Source of the DNA: Ranitomeya imitator
Taxonomy: Eukaryota
NCBI RefSeq assembly: GCF_032444005.1
Contig: NC_091283.1
Coordinates: 561,968,001 to 562,032,000 of the forward strand
DNA: 64,000 nucleotides
Reading direction: 5' to 3'
In this document: positions 36,131-50,200 of the stretch, in pieces
Layout of the letters: each line of letters starts with the position of its first letter
Position numbering within the stretch: position 1 is the first letter of the stretch
Translations under genes and position numbers: made by a program
The notes under the pieces: generated by a model
What the model was told of the DNA's origin: nothing
Databases searched by the model: none
The model's input: the letters and a program-made list of their open reading frames with translations, nothing else

Positions 36131-37912
36131 TTTGCGATGATCCCGGATGTGTGCAATGAACACATCCGGCATCATCACGTCCCAGAAGGGGGCGGGGCTT
36201 AGCGCAGAGCAGCAAAGCCGCTCAGACGAAACCGCCGGCCATCCTGAAGGTGGAAACATACCCTAACGGGTAACTATAAGCTTCACATTGACCTAGGGTT
36301 CCTGGTGTACTTATTACGCACTAGAAACGTACTGTACATCTGCATAGATTCCCAATGTAATGTAGAAGATTGTGCGCTCCATTTGTTTCCAGATATGTAA
36401 ATTAAAGGGTTATCCTGACATTTGTAATGTACTCCTCGATATGAAAAATTGAATTAGACTTGAATTATGGGTAAAAATTGAACGCCCTTTCTCCAGCGCT
36501 CACAGAACTGAGCGCCACGGCGTGCAAACAGGGAAGCCATGGCGTCCCTCCCAGTGGGCACACTGCACAAGAGGGTCTCCACTGCAGCTCTGTACATTGA
36601 AAGCAAGTGAGACTATCTGCCCGTATACATAATGGCTGGTGAATGCCACCAAAATCAGCTGTCAAATATGTAATTGTCCATGGTTACAGAAAAGAAGTGT
36701 TGTACAGACTCACTGTCACTCAGCCTCACACCAGCACTGTAATACCAGACACAACCATGGACAAGAGTGGCACTGTTTCTGGATTAAAAAAAAAAAAGCA
36801 AGATGCTCTTCTGAAATCCCAGACAATTGTGCCAATATGTCCTCATTGGTAGCGCCTTCAATACTGCCTGTCTAACAAAGAACAGTATCAGTAACATCCA
36901 ACCTGCCGACACATTATTTTACATGCATCAGCGAATGATCCTTTATATCAACATAAAAATCCCACCTGAACCAGAAATAAAATACCCCAAGAAGCAACAG
37001 GATTAGAACAAATCATGAGTTATAATCCTGAATTACAAGTTCTTCAACTCTATTAAATCATAAAAAAAACTAAAACTATAATATTGTCCACAACATGACA
37101 TTATTGTATGTTATTTAAAGAAGAAGAAATAAATCACTAAAAACACAGAAAAATACAGAAAAGTGCCGAGGCAGGCGGCCTCATACAGAAGGTAGCCATA
37201 GGGCCTAGGAAGCTATGTACAGTATACATGAAACCACCATGGTGAATAGCATAGCCCTGTAGATTATTGCCCAGGTCTCCCCTATACACGGATATGATGG
37301 AGGGACATCTGAGGGGAAGAGGACGGCGATAGGATTCACACGACATCATGGTGGCCTACACCTGTCCTGTAGCGGTATATACAGTGTGGAAACATATCTA
37401 CACATAGGTTGTAGCCACCGTGTATATACACTGGCATATTTACTACGATGCACACTGTACACCATACTATACATTTACATGTCTGCGCCTCTGTCAGCGC
37501 AGGAGGGAATGTCTGGGGACATAAAAAGTTCTTTAGTTGTACATTAATTCTGAATATTGTCTCACTGGATTTCAGGCCCCTTTCCCAGTCTCGGCATCAC
37601 CATTTTTGTTCTGATAGAGGCAGGGAGCACTCCTATTCCAGTCTCTGGAGGTCGGTATGTCATAAAGGGGGCTGGATTGTCTAACTCAGCTCATTATTCA
37701 ATGCCGCTCCCTTCCTTGAACTATGATAAAGAAGGGGGCTGGCTTTGTTTGCAAACGTAGATAGACAGCCAGCCCTGTTCATCACATGCCGACAAAAAGG
37801 AAGAAAATGGAAGCACCTGTGGAAGAAGAGCTGTCAGTAAAGTACTTTGGCTGTTGTGAAAGTGTAAAATAATAAAACTTACTAAAGATGTTCCTGATGG
37901 ATAACACCTTTA

Positions 37913-38323
37913 AGCCACATTCACATGGTGACTATTTTGTCAGTTTTTTACCTCAGTATCTGTAAGGGTAAGTTCACATTAGCGTTCGGAGGCTTTGCAT
38001 TTTGTTGTGGTCGGCGGGGGCATCAAGACGATGCATGCGGACGCATCCGCATGTCCTGCATACCCAATTTAAATATATGTACGCAGGACGCATGCAGAAG
38101 TATGCGGAAGTAGGCGGGGCTTAACCAAGGACGTGCGCAGCCCTCCACAAAGACCCTGAACGCTAATGTGAAGTTACCCTAAGCCAAAACCAGCAGTGGG
38201 TGATGAATACAGAAGTGGTGACGTGTTTTTATTCTACTTTTCCTCTGATTGTTGCACTCGTGGATTTGACGTACAAATACTGAGGCAAAAAACTCACCAA
38301 ATACTGAACATGTGAACGTGGCC
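37913..38323. mobile_element. Nested Harbinger-type MITEs (inner element 37966-38179)
   Basis: Inner GGGTAAGTTCACATTAGCGTTC/GAACGCTAATGTGAAGTTACCC with a TAA TSD. The outer element ends GTGAACGTGGCC and resembles 56724-56918. Confidence 0.75.
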
Positions 38324-40026
38324 TTAACCCTGCTGTTCTGTTTGGTCTGGGGAGACCAATTTTGAACTTTGGTATTTTTTGGGGTGTTCAAGATGTGGTT
38401 CTGAAACTTGTGGTTGATTGACTTAAATGAGGATGGGTCGGTTGGCCACGGGTTTCAGAGCCGCATCTTGAATATTTTAAAGAATATTGAAGTTCAAAGT
38501 CGGTCATTTTTGACCAACAGAACAGCAGGGTTAAATGTCCTGTCAAAACAATAATTATTTGGTTCATAGGTAAGCTGGATGACAAGCAGCATGGCAGCGC
38601 TATTAGGGGCCACTCCAAAAGGGGATTAAAGGGTTGGTCCAAGAAGAAAAAGAAAAAAAAATGGTCTACGCTTTTTAGTAATACAGCGCCACTCTTGTCT
38701 ATAGGCAGTATCTGTTATTTCTGCTCTGCCTCATTTAAAGGAAATGATGTGCAGTCCATGGGCAGCATGTTACAGAGCAGGAGGAGGTGAACAGATTGAT
38801 AGAAGTTTTCCCACTAAACTGTATATTTTATTAATTGGAATCCCTGATCATTGAGGGTCAAGTGGGTGGTCCGATCAGTGATTGGCAGTGGTCTCTGGAT
38901 AGACATTGATATATGGAAGGCTGCCAATCACTGGTCAGACCGCTAATTACTGATCAGACCGCCCACTTGACTTCTAACTCTAGAATAATCAGGAATTTCC
39001 AATGAATAAAACAGGTTATACTGAATCTTTTCCCACAAATCTATACATCAATCTGCTCCGCTACTCTGCTCTATAACATGCCCCTGGCAGATCTGAGCGC
39101 ATGTTCAACGAGACAAGTTTCCTTTAAAGGCATAGGCCACTTTCTGGCCAAATTCGGAATTTGCCATAAATGGAGTTGCCATGTTAAAGCCTACTGCTGC
39201 CCCAAAGTAGGACTTTTAAACACTGAATGGGGCACTCTGCATGTGCATAGGTTGTAAAAAAAAAGTACTTGAATAAAAACTGCTTTAAAACCGCATAAAA
39301 CTAAATGCATAAAAACTAAAAAAAAACACACTACTCAAAACAACCACATGGATGCTGAGGTGGATGACATTAGAAAACAAAGTTGGATTTTTCAGCCTCC
39401 AAAAATTGTGTGTAAATATACCCTTAAATTATTCTGATTACTCACTGCTGGACAAACCTATACTAATGGGCTCAGGGAGCAGCAGTGTCATGTGAACGCT
39501 GCAGCTGATCAGCTTATTCCATTTGTCGCCAGCGCTCATATGACACACTCCAGCTCCCCTCCTTAATGTTGATCCCAACAGGTCGGTAGAGGACACAGTC
39601 TGAATTTTGAAGCGTCACCTCACCAGTCTTGGGAGTATAATTTTTTCCTGACATCCCTGGATCCATTAGTAAGGGGACAGTGGTCAACTCTATGAAGGTT
39701 TCATTAAAGACGATAGGACAAGTATATGACTGATAGATGTTTTCGTTTTGGGGGCTATTAAGGACTATTTAATTACCATTTTCAGCACAGGCCATCAATG
39801 AATGAATGATGGGGGTCCCAATACTTAGACCCATAATGCTAGGCCGTACTAAAAGGCATCTTTTTTTTTTTGTTTATGCATGCACACTGCCACACATACG
39901 GATGTGGCTGTATCTGGTATTGCAGCTCCGGCTAAAATGTTTTTTTATCCTCTTTAATCTGATAATCACTTGTGATCCGAAGAACTGTCCATCAATTGCC
40001 CCTGATATCCGCATTTATTTCTATTA

Positions 40027-40058
<32 letters not shown>

Positions 40059-40614
40059 GCTAAAGCTCTTGATGATTTAATAGCGCAGCCAACTACACAT
40101 TTGCCGTGTTCATATTTAGTCACTCAACTATTTACATTGTTTTTGATGGTGTAGCTCTATATTCATGCATGTGTGAGTAGGTACCCACCATAGATTTTAG
40201 ATATGGTATATACGCAGACCGTTACGTGCTAATTACATGAATGCATGTTTGTTTCAAAGGTCATGCTCAGGCTGTCAGTTAAGGTTACAGCTAGGGCTCC
40301 ACTGTGACCACAGACGCTCTCGGCCTACTGCCCAGCAAAGTTGGCAATGCCATCCTGTGGCTGGACAATGGGCATCATCATTACAGAAATCACTGGCTTA
40401 TGTATGTTGAATGCATGGAATATCGATTTGCAGATGGTGTCTGTGGATTATAAAGCATACGCTGACACACATATGTAGCCTCCACTATCTGTGGTGCCAG
40501 TCTGTATTGCTCAGGAATACTTCTGCTTCTGTTTCAGTATCGCTCAATAAGACCACCATCTTTGTTGTTGAAAGGCTCAGAACATCTGCATCCAAAAGGA
40601 AACAGAAGGGTTAA

Positions 40615-40770
40615 AGGAATTTTTCCATGATTGAAATCTATTGCCTATTCATAGGATAGATGATAAATGTCTGATTGATGGGACTCCACCAGTTACTGGA
40701 GTACCCCTACGATCATATTAATCATCTGTCTTGTGGACAGGTGATAAATGTCAACTGTGGGGCAACCCCT
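40615..40770. mobile_element. Kolobok/T2-type MITE
   Basis: TTAA|AGGA...CAACCCCT|TTAA; lies ~290 bp past the PRPSAP1 stop, possibly within its 3' UTR. Confidence 0.6.
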
Positions 40771-41053
40771 TTAATGTATTCAGTTCTCGCAGGACTGAAG
40801 GGAATCTCAGAACCCAAGTTATGTATCCTTTCTATCCTTCCAAAACCCCCAATTCAGGTGTATCCCCCATTCTCCTCCACAAAAAAGGAGATAGCTCCCC
40901 CTCATCCCCAACAGTAAAGTGGCAGTGCCTGTAGTGTGAATGCAAAAAAGGATGGGTTCCCCAGTCGGTGACTACCCTTCTCTGCACGTGGAGCTCCACC
41001 CACTTGTGACTGGCACATATCCAGCACTTGACTGATAAGGTGGGCCCAACCCT

Positions 41054-41212
41054 TCAATCATCCATTGCAATGTTGCGGAAGAGGTAGGACATGGACTCTC
41101 CATTGTGGATCCGGCGGATCGCTTCTGACAGAATAAGACTGATGTCCACGGTTTTGATCTTTGAGCACTGTAGTTTCTGGACCTCATGGGGGACGGTGTT
41201 TGTCACCACAAC
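41054..41212 (-). CDS. PRPSAP1: PRPSAP1 last coding exon ([10 protein letters not shown]...FRNIAMDD*)
   Basis: Acceptor CCCAAG|GTT; TGA at 41056-41054. Confidence 0.95.
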   Translation of the reverse strand, partial: VVVTNTVPHEVQKLQCSKIKTVDISLILSEAIRRIHNGESMSYLFRNIAMDD

Positions 41213-44200
41213 CTTGGGAAACACAGAGTAGATAGTAAGTCTTAAAAGGTGAGGTTTATTGCAATTCACTCATAAAAGGGATCTTCACATGCTGCAATAT
41301 TAATGGTCTATTGGTAAGATTGGAGATCATATAAAATCCTGCCTTCCTGGAGGTCACCTATTACTAGGTACATTTTATAGTTGTGAAACCTATTATTACA
41401 TCTTAGTCCTTTCCCTTTCATAAGGCTAAGCTGTAGTATCAGACTAAGCGCTATTGCCCACCTTAGCCCCCTCAGACAGCTCACCGTCAAAGGGTAAGCA
41501 GATATAGATGGCCGATCCCAAGGATGTGCCATGCACGAGATAGACGCAATGGCCACTTCTTGCAGCCTGGTATAATAATTGACATACTGACCTCATCGAT
41601 TAAGGAGTCTTCAATAAGGTTAGGAGCATCTGCAGACAAGATCCCATGAGTGGCCATCACAAAAATCTTGTACGCTCCACGTTCCTTAAGTATCTCAGCG
41701 GCAGCCACAAAGCTCTCTACTTCATCTATGATGTCATCCTGAAGTCATGGACGTATAAAGGTTTAAGATTAGAAAGTTATCCGGAAATATGTGATGGCCA
41801 AGTATAGAAATTGGAAGGTATTCTTACCACTATGATGGCGATCCGTCCACCCACATCTCCGACCACGCTGATTGGAGGCTTCTCCTTGGCTATCATCACT
41901 TTATTGAGACAGGGAAGGAAACTGTTAATTAAAGCAACAAGACAATGAACATGCAAAAACCAGCCAACGAGAACAGAAATGTTAGAGGAAGTCTGCCATA
42001 GGCGCATGCTGAGCAGGGGCAGGACTGAGCAATAATCAGCATTCCTAGTGTGCCCGAATCCTACCAACTCTTGTAAGTCTATGCAGATACAGATAGCATT
42101 TGTCAGGGAAAATAGTGCTGGTGACCAATATAATTAAGCCATACAATATCAACTGGATTGCTGGGTAGAGACTCATAGGACTAAACAATGAGCCTCTGAT
42201 TTTTTTCTTTGTAAAACTCAGACCGGTATACGGTTTTCTCAAAAATAAGACCTACCCCAGAAATAAGCCCTAGAATGATTTTGCAGGATTTTTGGAGTAT
42301 GCTTGAAATAAAAGCCCTACTGCAAAAATAAGCCCTAGTTACATTGAGAACCGGTGGTGGGGTGGAGGGAAAACTGGGCTATTGCGCAGGGTTCCACTCT
42401 CTTAGGGACCCCCATCATTTCGATTCCAAGATTAAGAATGTAACCACGATGTCACCAAAGGTTCTTTTACTGAGGGAGTCTAGAGGAACTGACGAGGAGG
42501 CAGGCTGGTTGGCACCATATCTGTGCATATACATGTGTATGCACTTATGTATCTATGTATCTGCAGTGTGTGCTCATATACATGTGTATGTCAATTTGTG
42601 TGTGTATATACATATGTAAGTGCAGTGTGTGATGACATGATTAATGTTGATTTTTGTTCAAGAATTAATGTGGATTGTTGTTCATGGGGAAAAAAATAAG
42701 ACGTCCCCTGGCTAGACCTGCATATCACTAGTCTAGCTGTTCTCCTTAGTCAGTGAGCTCAGGGAAGCTGACCAGTCTGGATGTGTCTTGGGAGTTGAAG
42801 AGAGAGATTGGCCACAATCTGTGAGAAGAGTCTGCACAAACCATGTACAGAGAACCGCAAATATCAATGGCTGCTATGGACAATAGCCATTTTGTTTTAC
42901 CGAGCTGTGGCTACATCAGCCATGTATGAGTAGCCAGGGTCTGGTCTGTTTAGTTAGCGATTTATGTTTATGAGTCTGCTTTGGTGCTGTGCAACCTGTG
43001 GAAAGCAATAAAATTGTACGTATTTTGATGAAAACTGTATTGTCTTTGTGAATGCTACCTTAGGCCTAACGCCTACCAGAGAGAGTGAAACCCTACTATA
43101 TATACATACAGTGGCATGTAAAAGTTTGTGCAGTGTGCACCCCTGGTCAAAATTACTCTGTTATTGTGAACAGTTAAGCAAGTTGTGGATTAAATTATCT
43201 CAAAAATGTCTAAAGTTAAAGATGACACATGTGTTTTGTATTTTGGGCAAAAAAAAAATAATATGGTCTTTTTTTCATTTTAAAAATTACAAATAAGGAA
43301 ATGGGCCAACGCAAAAGTTTGGGCATTTGAGATCTAAAGATTTGTGTGCTCAGATATCTTTTATCAAGGTTTTGGACCTTAATTAGACTGTTAGGGTTAT
43401 TGCTTGTTCAGCATCATCATTAGGAAAGGCCATGTGATGCAAATTTCCCAGCTTTATAAAAAACCAGGCCTCCTCTAACCATTGTGCCAAAAAACAGCAG
43501 CCATGGTTCTTCTCAGAAGCTGCCTAGCACTCTGAAGATGAAAATGATGGAGGCCCACAAAGCAGGAGAAGGCTATAAAAAGATAGCAAAGTGTTTTCAA
43601 GTTGCCCTTTCCACAGTTCGAAATGTAATTAATGAATGACAGTTACTAGGAACAGTGGAGGTCAAGATAAGGTCTGGAAGACCAAGATAAATTTCAGTGA
43701 GAACTGCTTACAGGATTGCTAGAGAGCCAAATCAGAACCCTCGCTTGAATGCAAAAGACATTCAGAAAGATTTAGCAGACTCTGGAGTTGCGTCAGATGT
43801 ATGCAAAAGATTGTCTAAACAAGTATGATACATTTTAGACACAAGTCTTGTGGAGCGATGAGGTTAAAATAAAACTCTTTGACCACAATGATCAAAGGTA
43901 TGTGTGGAGAAAAAAGGGCACAGAATTTCAGTAAAAGAACATCTAGCCAACCATTAAGCATGGAGGTGGATCAATCATGCTTTGGGGTTGTGTTGCAGCC
44001 AATAGCACGGGGAACATTTCATGTGTAGAGGGAAGAATGGATTCAATGTAATTTCAACAAATTCTTGATGCAAACATAACACTATCTGTAAAAAAGCAGA
44101 AGGTGAAAAGAGGATGGCTTCTACAAATGGCTAATGATCCTAAACACAGGTCAAAATCCACAATAGACTACCTCAGAAGGTGCAAGCTGAAGGTTTTACA

Positions 44201-47200
44201 ATGGCCCTCACAGTCGCCTGATCTGAACATCATTGAAAACTTGTGGCTAGACCTTAAAATAGCAGTACATGCAAGACGACCCAGAAAGTTCACAGAACTG
44301 GAAGAATTTTCCAAGAAAGAATGGATGAAAATCCCTTGAAGAAGAATTGAAAGACTTTTGTCTGGCTACAAAAAGCATTTACAAGCTGTGATACTTTCAA
44401 AAGTGGGTGTTACTAGGTGCAAACCATGCAGGGTGCCCAAACTTTTGTATTGGCCCATTCTCCTTTTTGTAATTTTAAAAATGGAAAATATTTCAAAAAA
44501 TATATACGGTAAATGGTCCAATTATAAAATAAGAAAAATTGGATTGTCCGAATGGAGAAAAATAAACAACAAAAAATAGGACCGGCCAACTGTTCTTTTT
44601 ACATTCAGACTATATGCTTTTTCCTTTTTAAACATTGAACCGTTCGCTTCTTCATTTTTGGGTGCTTTTATCATTTGGACTGTTTAATTATTTTTTTAAT
44701 TCTTACATTGCAGTGCAAAAAAAAAAAAAAAAAGAGAAATCTATGTGATTGATGTACATCTTTGGTCAGGCCAGCACTGCCATAGCCTGGCACTATAATA
44801 GGCTTTTTAACAGCTCAGTATTTGACACGCTGATGACTTATATTAGTGTGAGAGGTGGGTTAGAGCACACAGTGAGAAATGAAGCACGGCAAGTCCCACA
44901 CAGAACAGGCACCAAGCATACACACAGCAAAAGGTTTTCCATACTTGGCAGTTCAATGCCTGGATACAGGGGCTGCCGTTTGCCTAATATCAAAAGCATA
45001 GGAAGCAAGTAAGCAATGGCTGCACAAAGACGTAGGGTAAGGTAACCCCTGCGGAAAGGAGCAATTATAGTAAATCTGTCCATCAATGAGGAAAAGCCAT
45101 TAACACCTTATATTATACACTTTAAGTAAGCTTTTATACAAAATGTCCATGTCAAGAATCAACAATGACTAACTACAAGTACACTTTCAGGATTCTAAAG
45201 AAAGACCAGAAGTGATCAGCATTTTCATAGCAAATTTTAAGGAATCCTATACTACCCTTTCCATAGCTGGACTTTTGTCTTTCTGATGGAAACTAATTAA
45301 CAATATTTTAAAGAGTAATGTAAGGAGAAAATAGGGCACTCACCACTGTGCGTTAAAATAAGCTTTGTCTGCGGTATCAAACAGATTCCTCTGAGGAAGC
45401 GTGACTTACATGCGAAACGGCGGTCTGCCACAATGTCTGTTTGGAACCGCAAATAAAGCTTATTTAAAGTGTATGAAAAAAAAGAGTAATCGGAATAAAA
45501 TCAGTATTTGGTGTCATCGCCGTTTGCCTTGAAAGCAGCATCAATTCTCTCTGATAGTATTGCATGATGGATTAGGATCTCCTTGCATTTCTCACCATTG
45601 AGGGCATCATTAATCCTGACCAAATCCCCAAATCCATTTGCAATTACGCAGCCACAAATTTGCAAGAATCCTCTATCATGCTTCACTGTTCCCTGCCAAT
45701 ACTCATTATTGTACCACTTGCTAGCCCTTCGGCAAACTAACTGCCTTCAGTTCACATATTGGCTCATCAGTCAAGAGCACCTGCTGCCAAATTTCTCCAC
45801 GCCAGTTCCGATTGGATCATGCATAGTTGAATTACTTGGCCTTGTTTCCATGTAGAAAGTATGGCTTGTTGCCACAATTCTTCCATGAAGATCACTTATG
45901 CCCAGAATGTTCCTAACAGTAAATTAGTGCAACTGGGTCTGATTGGTTCCTGCCAGTTCTGAGTTGATGGCACTGCTGGACATCTTTTTTTTTTTTTTTA
46001 AGGAAAGTAAACATAATGTGTTTTTCATCTGCTGCACTAGGTTTCCTTGGCCAACCACTGCATATATAGTCCTCAAGGTTTCCCATTTCTTGTTGTACTT
46101 AATGCAGAGAAAAACAGGTAGATACTTATCCACATGCAATACCATCATGGAGGCTCCAAATCCATTCTGTAGCATGGCCACAACCTCAAACATACAGCCA
46201 ATATCAGTAAGAAATCTCTTCAGCAGAAAATGGAACAAGGAGTCTTGATATGGTCCTCAAAGAGACCTGATCTCAACATCATCGAGTCTATTTGAAATTA
46301 CAAGAAGAGAGAGAAGAATTTGTACGAGGGACATCCACAGAAGATCTGTGGTTAGTTCTCGAAGATGTCTGGAACAACCTTTCTACTGAATTCCTTCAAA
46401 ACCTGTGTACAAGTGTACCTAGAAGAACTGATGAAGGCAAAAGGTGGTCAACCAAATATTGATTCAATCTAGATATGTTTGTTCATTCAGTTTGCATTTG
46501 GCAGCATATTTTTTCCGCACCTGCCTAAAACTGTTGCACAGTAGTGTATATGGCAGCTCAAATGTATTGTATGGCAAACCCCAGTCCACCAAAAAGAGAG
46601 CTTCTATGTGAGGGGGGATGCCCCTCTATAATGGTCCAGACACAAGAATAAAACATACGGTCAGAGGTTGTCCCAATGGCACCAACCTTTAAAAGAGAAA
46701 GGCCCCTCTACGACTGAATGTAGGGCTCCATTACTGCAATATACTATGAAGCCAATTTTGAAAATGCTCCGCTTAGTATGACGTAATAGTATATCGGCGA
46801 GGAAAGTGTTTAAAGGGTGTCCCTATAACAAAAGCAGTAATGTGAATGTGACCAATCTCGAACCATCCAGGCGTACTCTGACATTTGCTGCCAGCTCCGG
46901 CTCTTCTCATCTCTTTTCTTAGAGAGCAGACACCATTAAGTTCTAGGAAGTCACCAAGCCACATTCCACTTCTGTGTCAAAAGACATTCCACTGCCTCAT
47001 TTACAGATCTCATCACATTCGTTCTCCATCTCCACCACCCTGACCCCGGCCTTCACTCATCCCTCCCCTTCTCAAGAAGACTTATCACTTTCTGTACTCG
47101 CCCTACTAGATTTAGCATGCTATGAATAGGACCTATCGAACAATGCCTGTGGCAAGGAACGTTCCCTTCTTAAATCGGAAATAAGGCCAGATCTTAATCT

Positions 47201-50200
47201 AAAAGTCTTAAGACCGCTATCTCCCTCTTACTACTTGAAAATATTGCTTCGTTGCCATCATTAATGTGCCATTCTTATATTCTTTACCCCAGTTTTAGGC
47301 GACTTTATACATGTGCCTTATATACTGTACTTTGGGCTATTAGACCACTGCAAAGCAATGATCTCCATTCGTTTGTCATAACATGTATGCACAATATTGC
47401 TAATTATTGCTAGATTTGTTTCCTAATAAAACTTGATTCAATCATAATGGCTTGTGCACACAACACTTGTCCAATTTTTGTCTATCGTTTTGACAGATAA
47501 CACCCGTCCCCATGTTATTCTATGGGGCCTTGCACATGTCCATTTTTTGTTCCTTTAGACTGAGACAGTTCAAGGAAAAAATTGTAGCATGCCCGAGTTG
47601 ATAATGTAGGGGCAGAGACCCTGATTCCAGCAATGTGTCACTTACTGGGTTGCTTGCTGCAGTTTTGATAAAATCACATTTTTATCTGGGGCAGGTCTAC
47701 CAGTTCTCTGAATGCTCACAACACTGATGCCAACAATGGGGGTGGTGTTATAAATAGCTCATGAATATGGAGGACTACTTGGCAGCAGGTTTACTAGTCC
47801 TCTAGTGATAAAATCACTATTTTATCAGCAAAAGATTATCAAAACAACAGCAAGCAGCCCAGTAAGTGATATATCAATGGAATCAGTGTCTCTGTCTCTA
47901 CATTATGGTGCTCTCAGATTAGGTGGCAAAAACCTGGTAACAGATTCCCTTTAAAGAAGGCAAGCCTCCACCCGAGGTGTTTGGCAGTAGTTTACGCCCC
48001 ACTCCCTATTGAGAATACATGCACACTCGGCTGATTGGGGTGTGCATTTGTATGGGTGGAGCGAGAAAGAAAACCTGTCAGATGAACGAGTGACACCTAA
48101 AGTGTATGGCTAACTGTACCCCACAGAGAACCTGCCTAAGAGTCTTTTATTTTAAGCAATGACCGAAAGAATGAATGCGTGTAGGACATGTAATGAAACC
48201 CTTCCATTTTTGCATATCTGGATGCCACTTGGTCAGTAACAGAATACAAAATCAAGATTAATAAGATATTGATTATTAGAGATCAACTAGAACTCTCCCT
48301 ATAATGTCAGCATTCAGTAAGTGACCCATGGGGGATGGGAATACAGGACTTGGCTGCAGCCGTAACTTAATAAGACTTTAAATCACCATAAATCATACAA
48401 CACCATTATAGGCAGTGAGATAGAAACACTTACAGGGGATCTCCAGCCCAGGGTGCACTGTAGTGTTCTTCACAGTGGGTGGAGAGTGCCGTCCATCTGC
48501 CATGTCATGTTCTGAGCATTGTGGCTCTCCATGGATGACGGCAAGTCCCAGACGCAGACGCTCGGCATAGGACTGTGCCCTTAGTAGATGGCACAAGATG
48601 GTCAGAATGTGGAAAAAGACTTAGAAAACAGGAAATAATAGCAACGTCCCCTTGTGATCTAAATCAAGCAGTGGTCTAAACGTTTGGTGGCAGTGCAGGA
48701 TTATTACCTTACAGGGGTGTTCTGGGGAAAAGAAAATGCTTTACAAGCAGTAGCTGTCATATTAATAATCTTGTAATTTGGCTCTAATAGAAAATACCAA
48801 TTCTTTTTGCCATTTCTGTCTGAACCCAAAGGACTCCATGTTCTTGACATGGAGGGAAATATATTCTACGACCAAGTGACTCGGTGTCCTTTGGTTTCTG
48901 CCTTCCTTAGAAGGAAAGTATTTCATACTCTTGTTTCGCCCCTCACTAGCTTCATCACAAGCTCATGTAACATCAGCGTTTTTCATCTATCCTGGTAGAA
49001 CGCTGCAGTCTCATTATTGCCTGAGAATATATTGCAATAATGTAGGGGGTGATGCCTCCCCACCTTGGTCAGTGCTGTATATGCCTGCATAGAATATAAT
49101 CATGGAAGCTTACGTGGAGGGCTGCACACATGCCCTGATCATGCAGATCACTTTTCACAAGCAACAGAGATTCAATCCCCGCAATCACCAGAATTTCTAA
49201 TATTGGAGCTAGCTTGCTTTTACCTCTTTGCAGCATCTGGGGACTTTGCAACTATGACTGCATTTCTGTAATCTTGAACCTGAAAAGTAAGGAATCATAC
49301 AGATGACAGTGACCGAGTACCTGACCATTGCGAAGGTAACTGGAGGAAAGGCCTGAATGGGGGTATGTCTACTGCTCACCTCCTCTTGGATATACTGTAG
49401 CAGGAAAGGAGATGCTCGGAGGTTGTCCACTGGAAAGTTGAAGAAACCCTGGATTTCTTTTTGATGCAAGTCCATTGTAATGATGTGTGTCAGTCCTTGA
49501 GGGACAAATGATAGAATATAGTAAAACACAATGGAATTTTAAAGCCCCCTCATACACCTTAGGCTAATGTTGGCTGAAGCCACTGATAACAAGTGGAACA
49601 GTCTAATGTGTATGGCAGGCCGGGCAATTGATTGTCAAGAAAGCTATAGATTGGACATTTCCATCTTTGGATTGCTGATCCTTTTGTTCTCTCTGAGATA
49701 AGCTGCCACCAGACATGACTGAAAGGATCTTGTTCTCCCCCTGCTCTTCCAATAAGACTACATGTAGGGCAAGGTGGGTAACATAAGAGGCAACTAATCT
49801 ACAATGCTTATCGTCACAAAATACAATGCCCTGATTGTCCAAGTATACAGTAAATACCTAAACAAGTTGGGCTAGGTTCCCCACTTATATGGACTTTCCA
49901 CTGGAATCCCCGAAAAAGCGTATTCCATCAGGAACTACTTGTACTTCAGTTCAGCCAAGGAGTCACTATGCGCCCCCTATACCTGGACAGGAATTCTGTT
50001 TTCAGACATGCAAAAATAGAAAAGACATGGGGGCTCTGTTGGGAAGCCCCCACGTGATGCTCGGCGGAGAGCACTGTATTATGGTAACCAGGGTAAACAT
50101 CGGGTTACTAAGCACGGCCCTGCGCTTAGTTACCCGATGTTTACCCTGGTTACCGGGGACCTCGGCATAGTTGGTCGCTGGAGAGCGGTCTGTGTGACAG

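Noticed and set aside
46780-47420. Possible LINE 3' fragment ending near AATAAAA
   Set aside because: No convincing reverse transcriptase or terminal motif could be read by eye.
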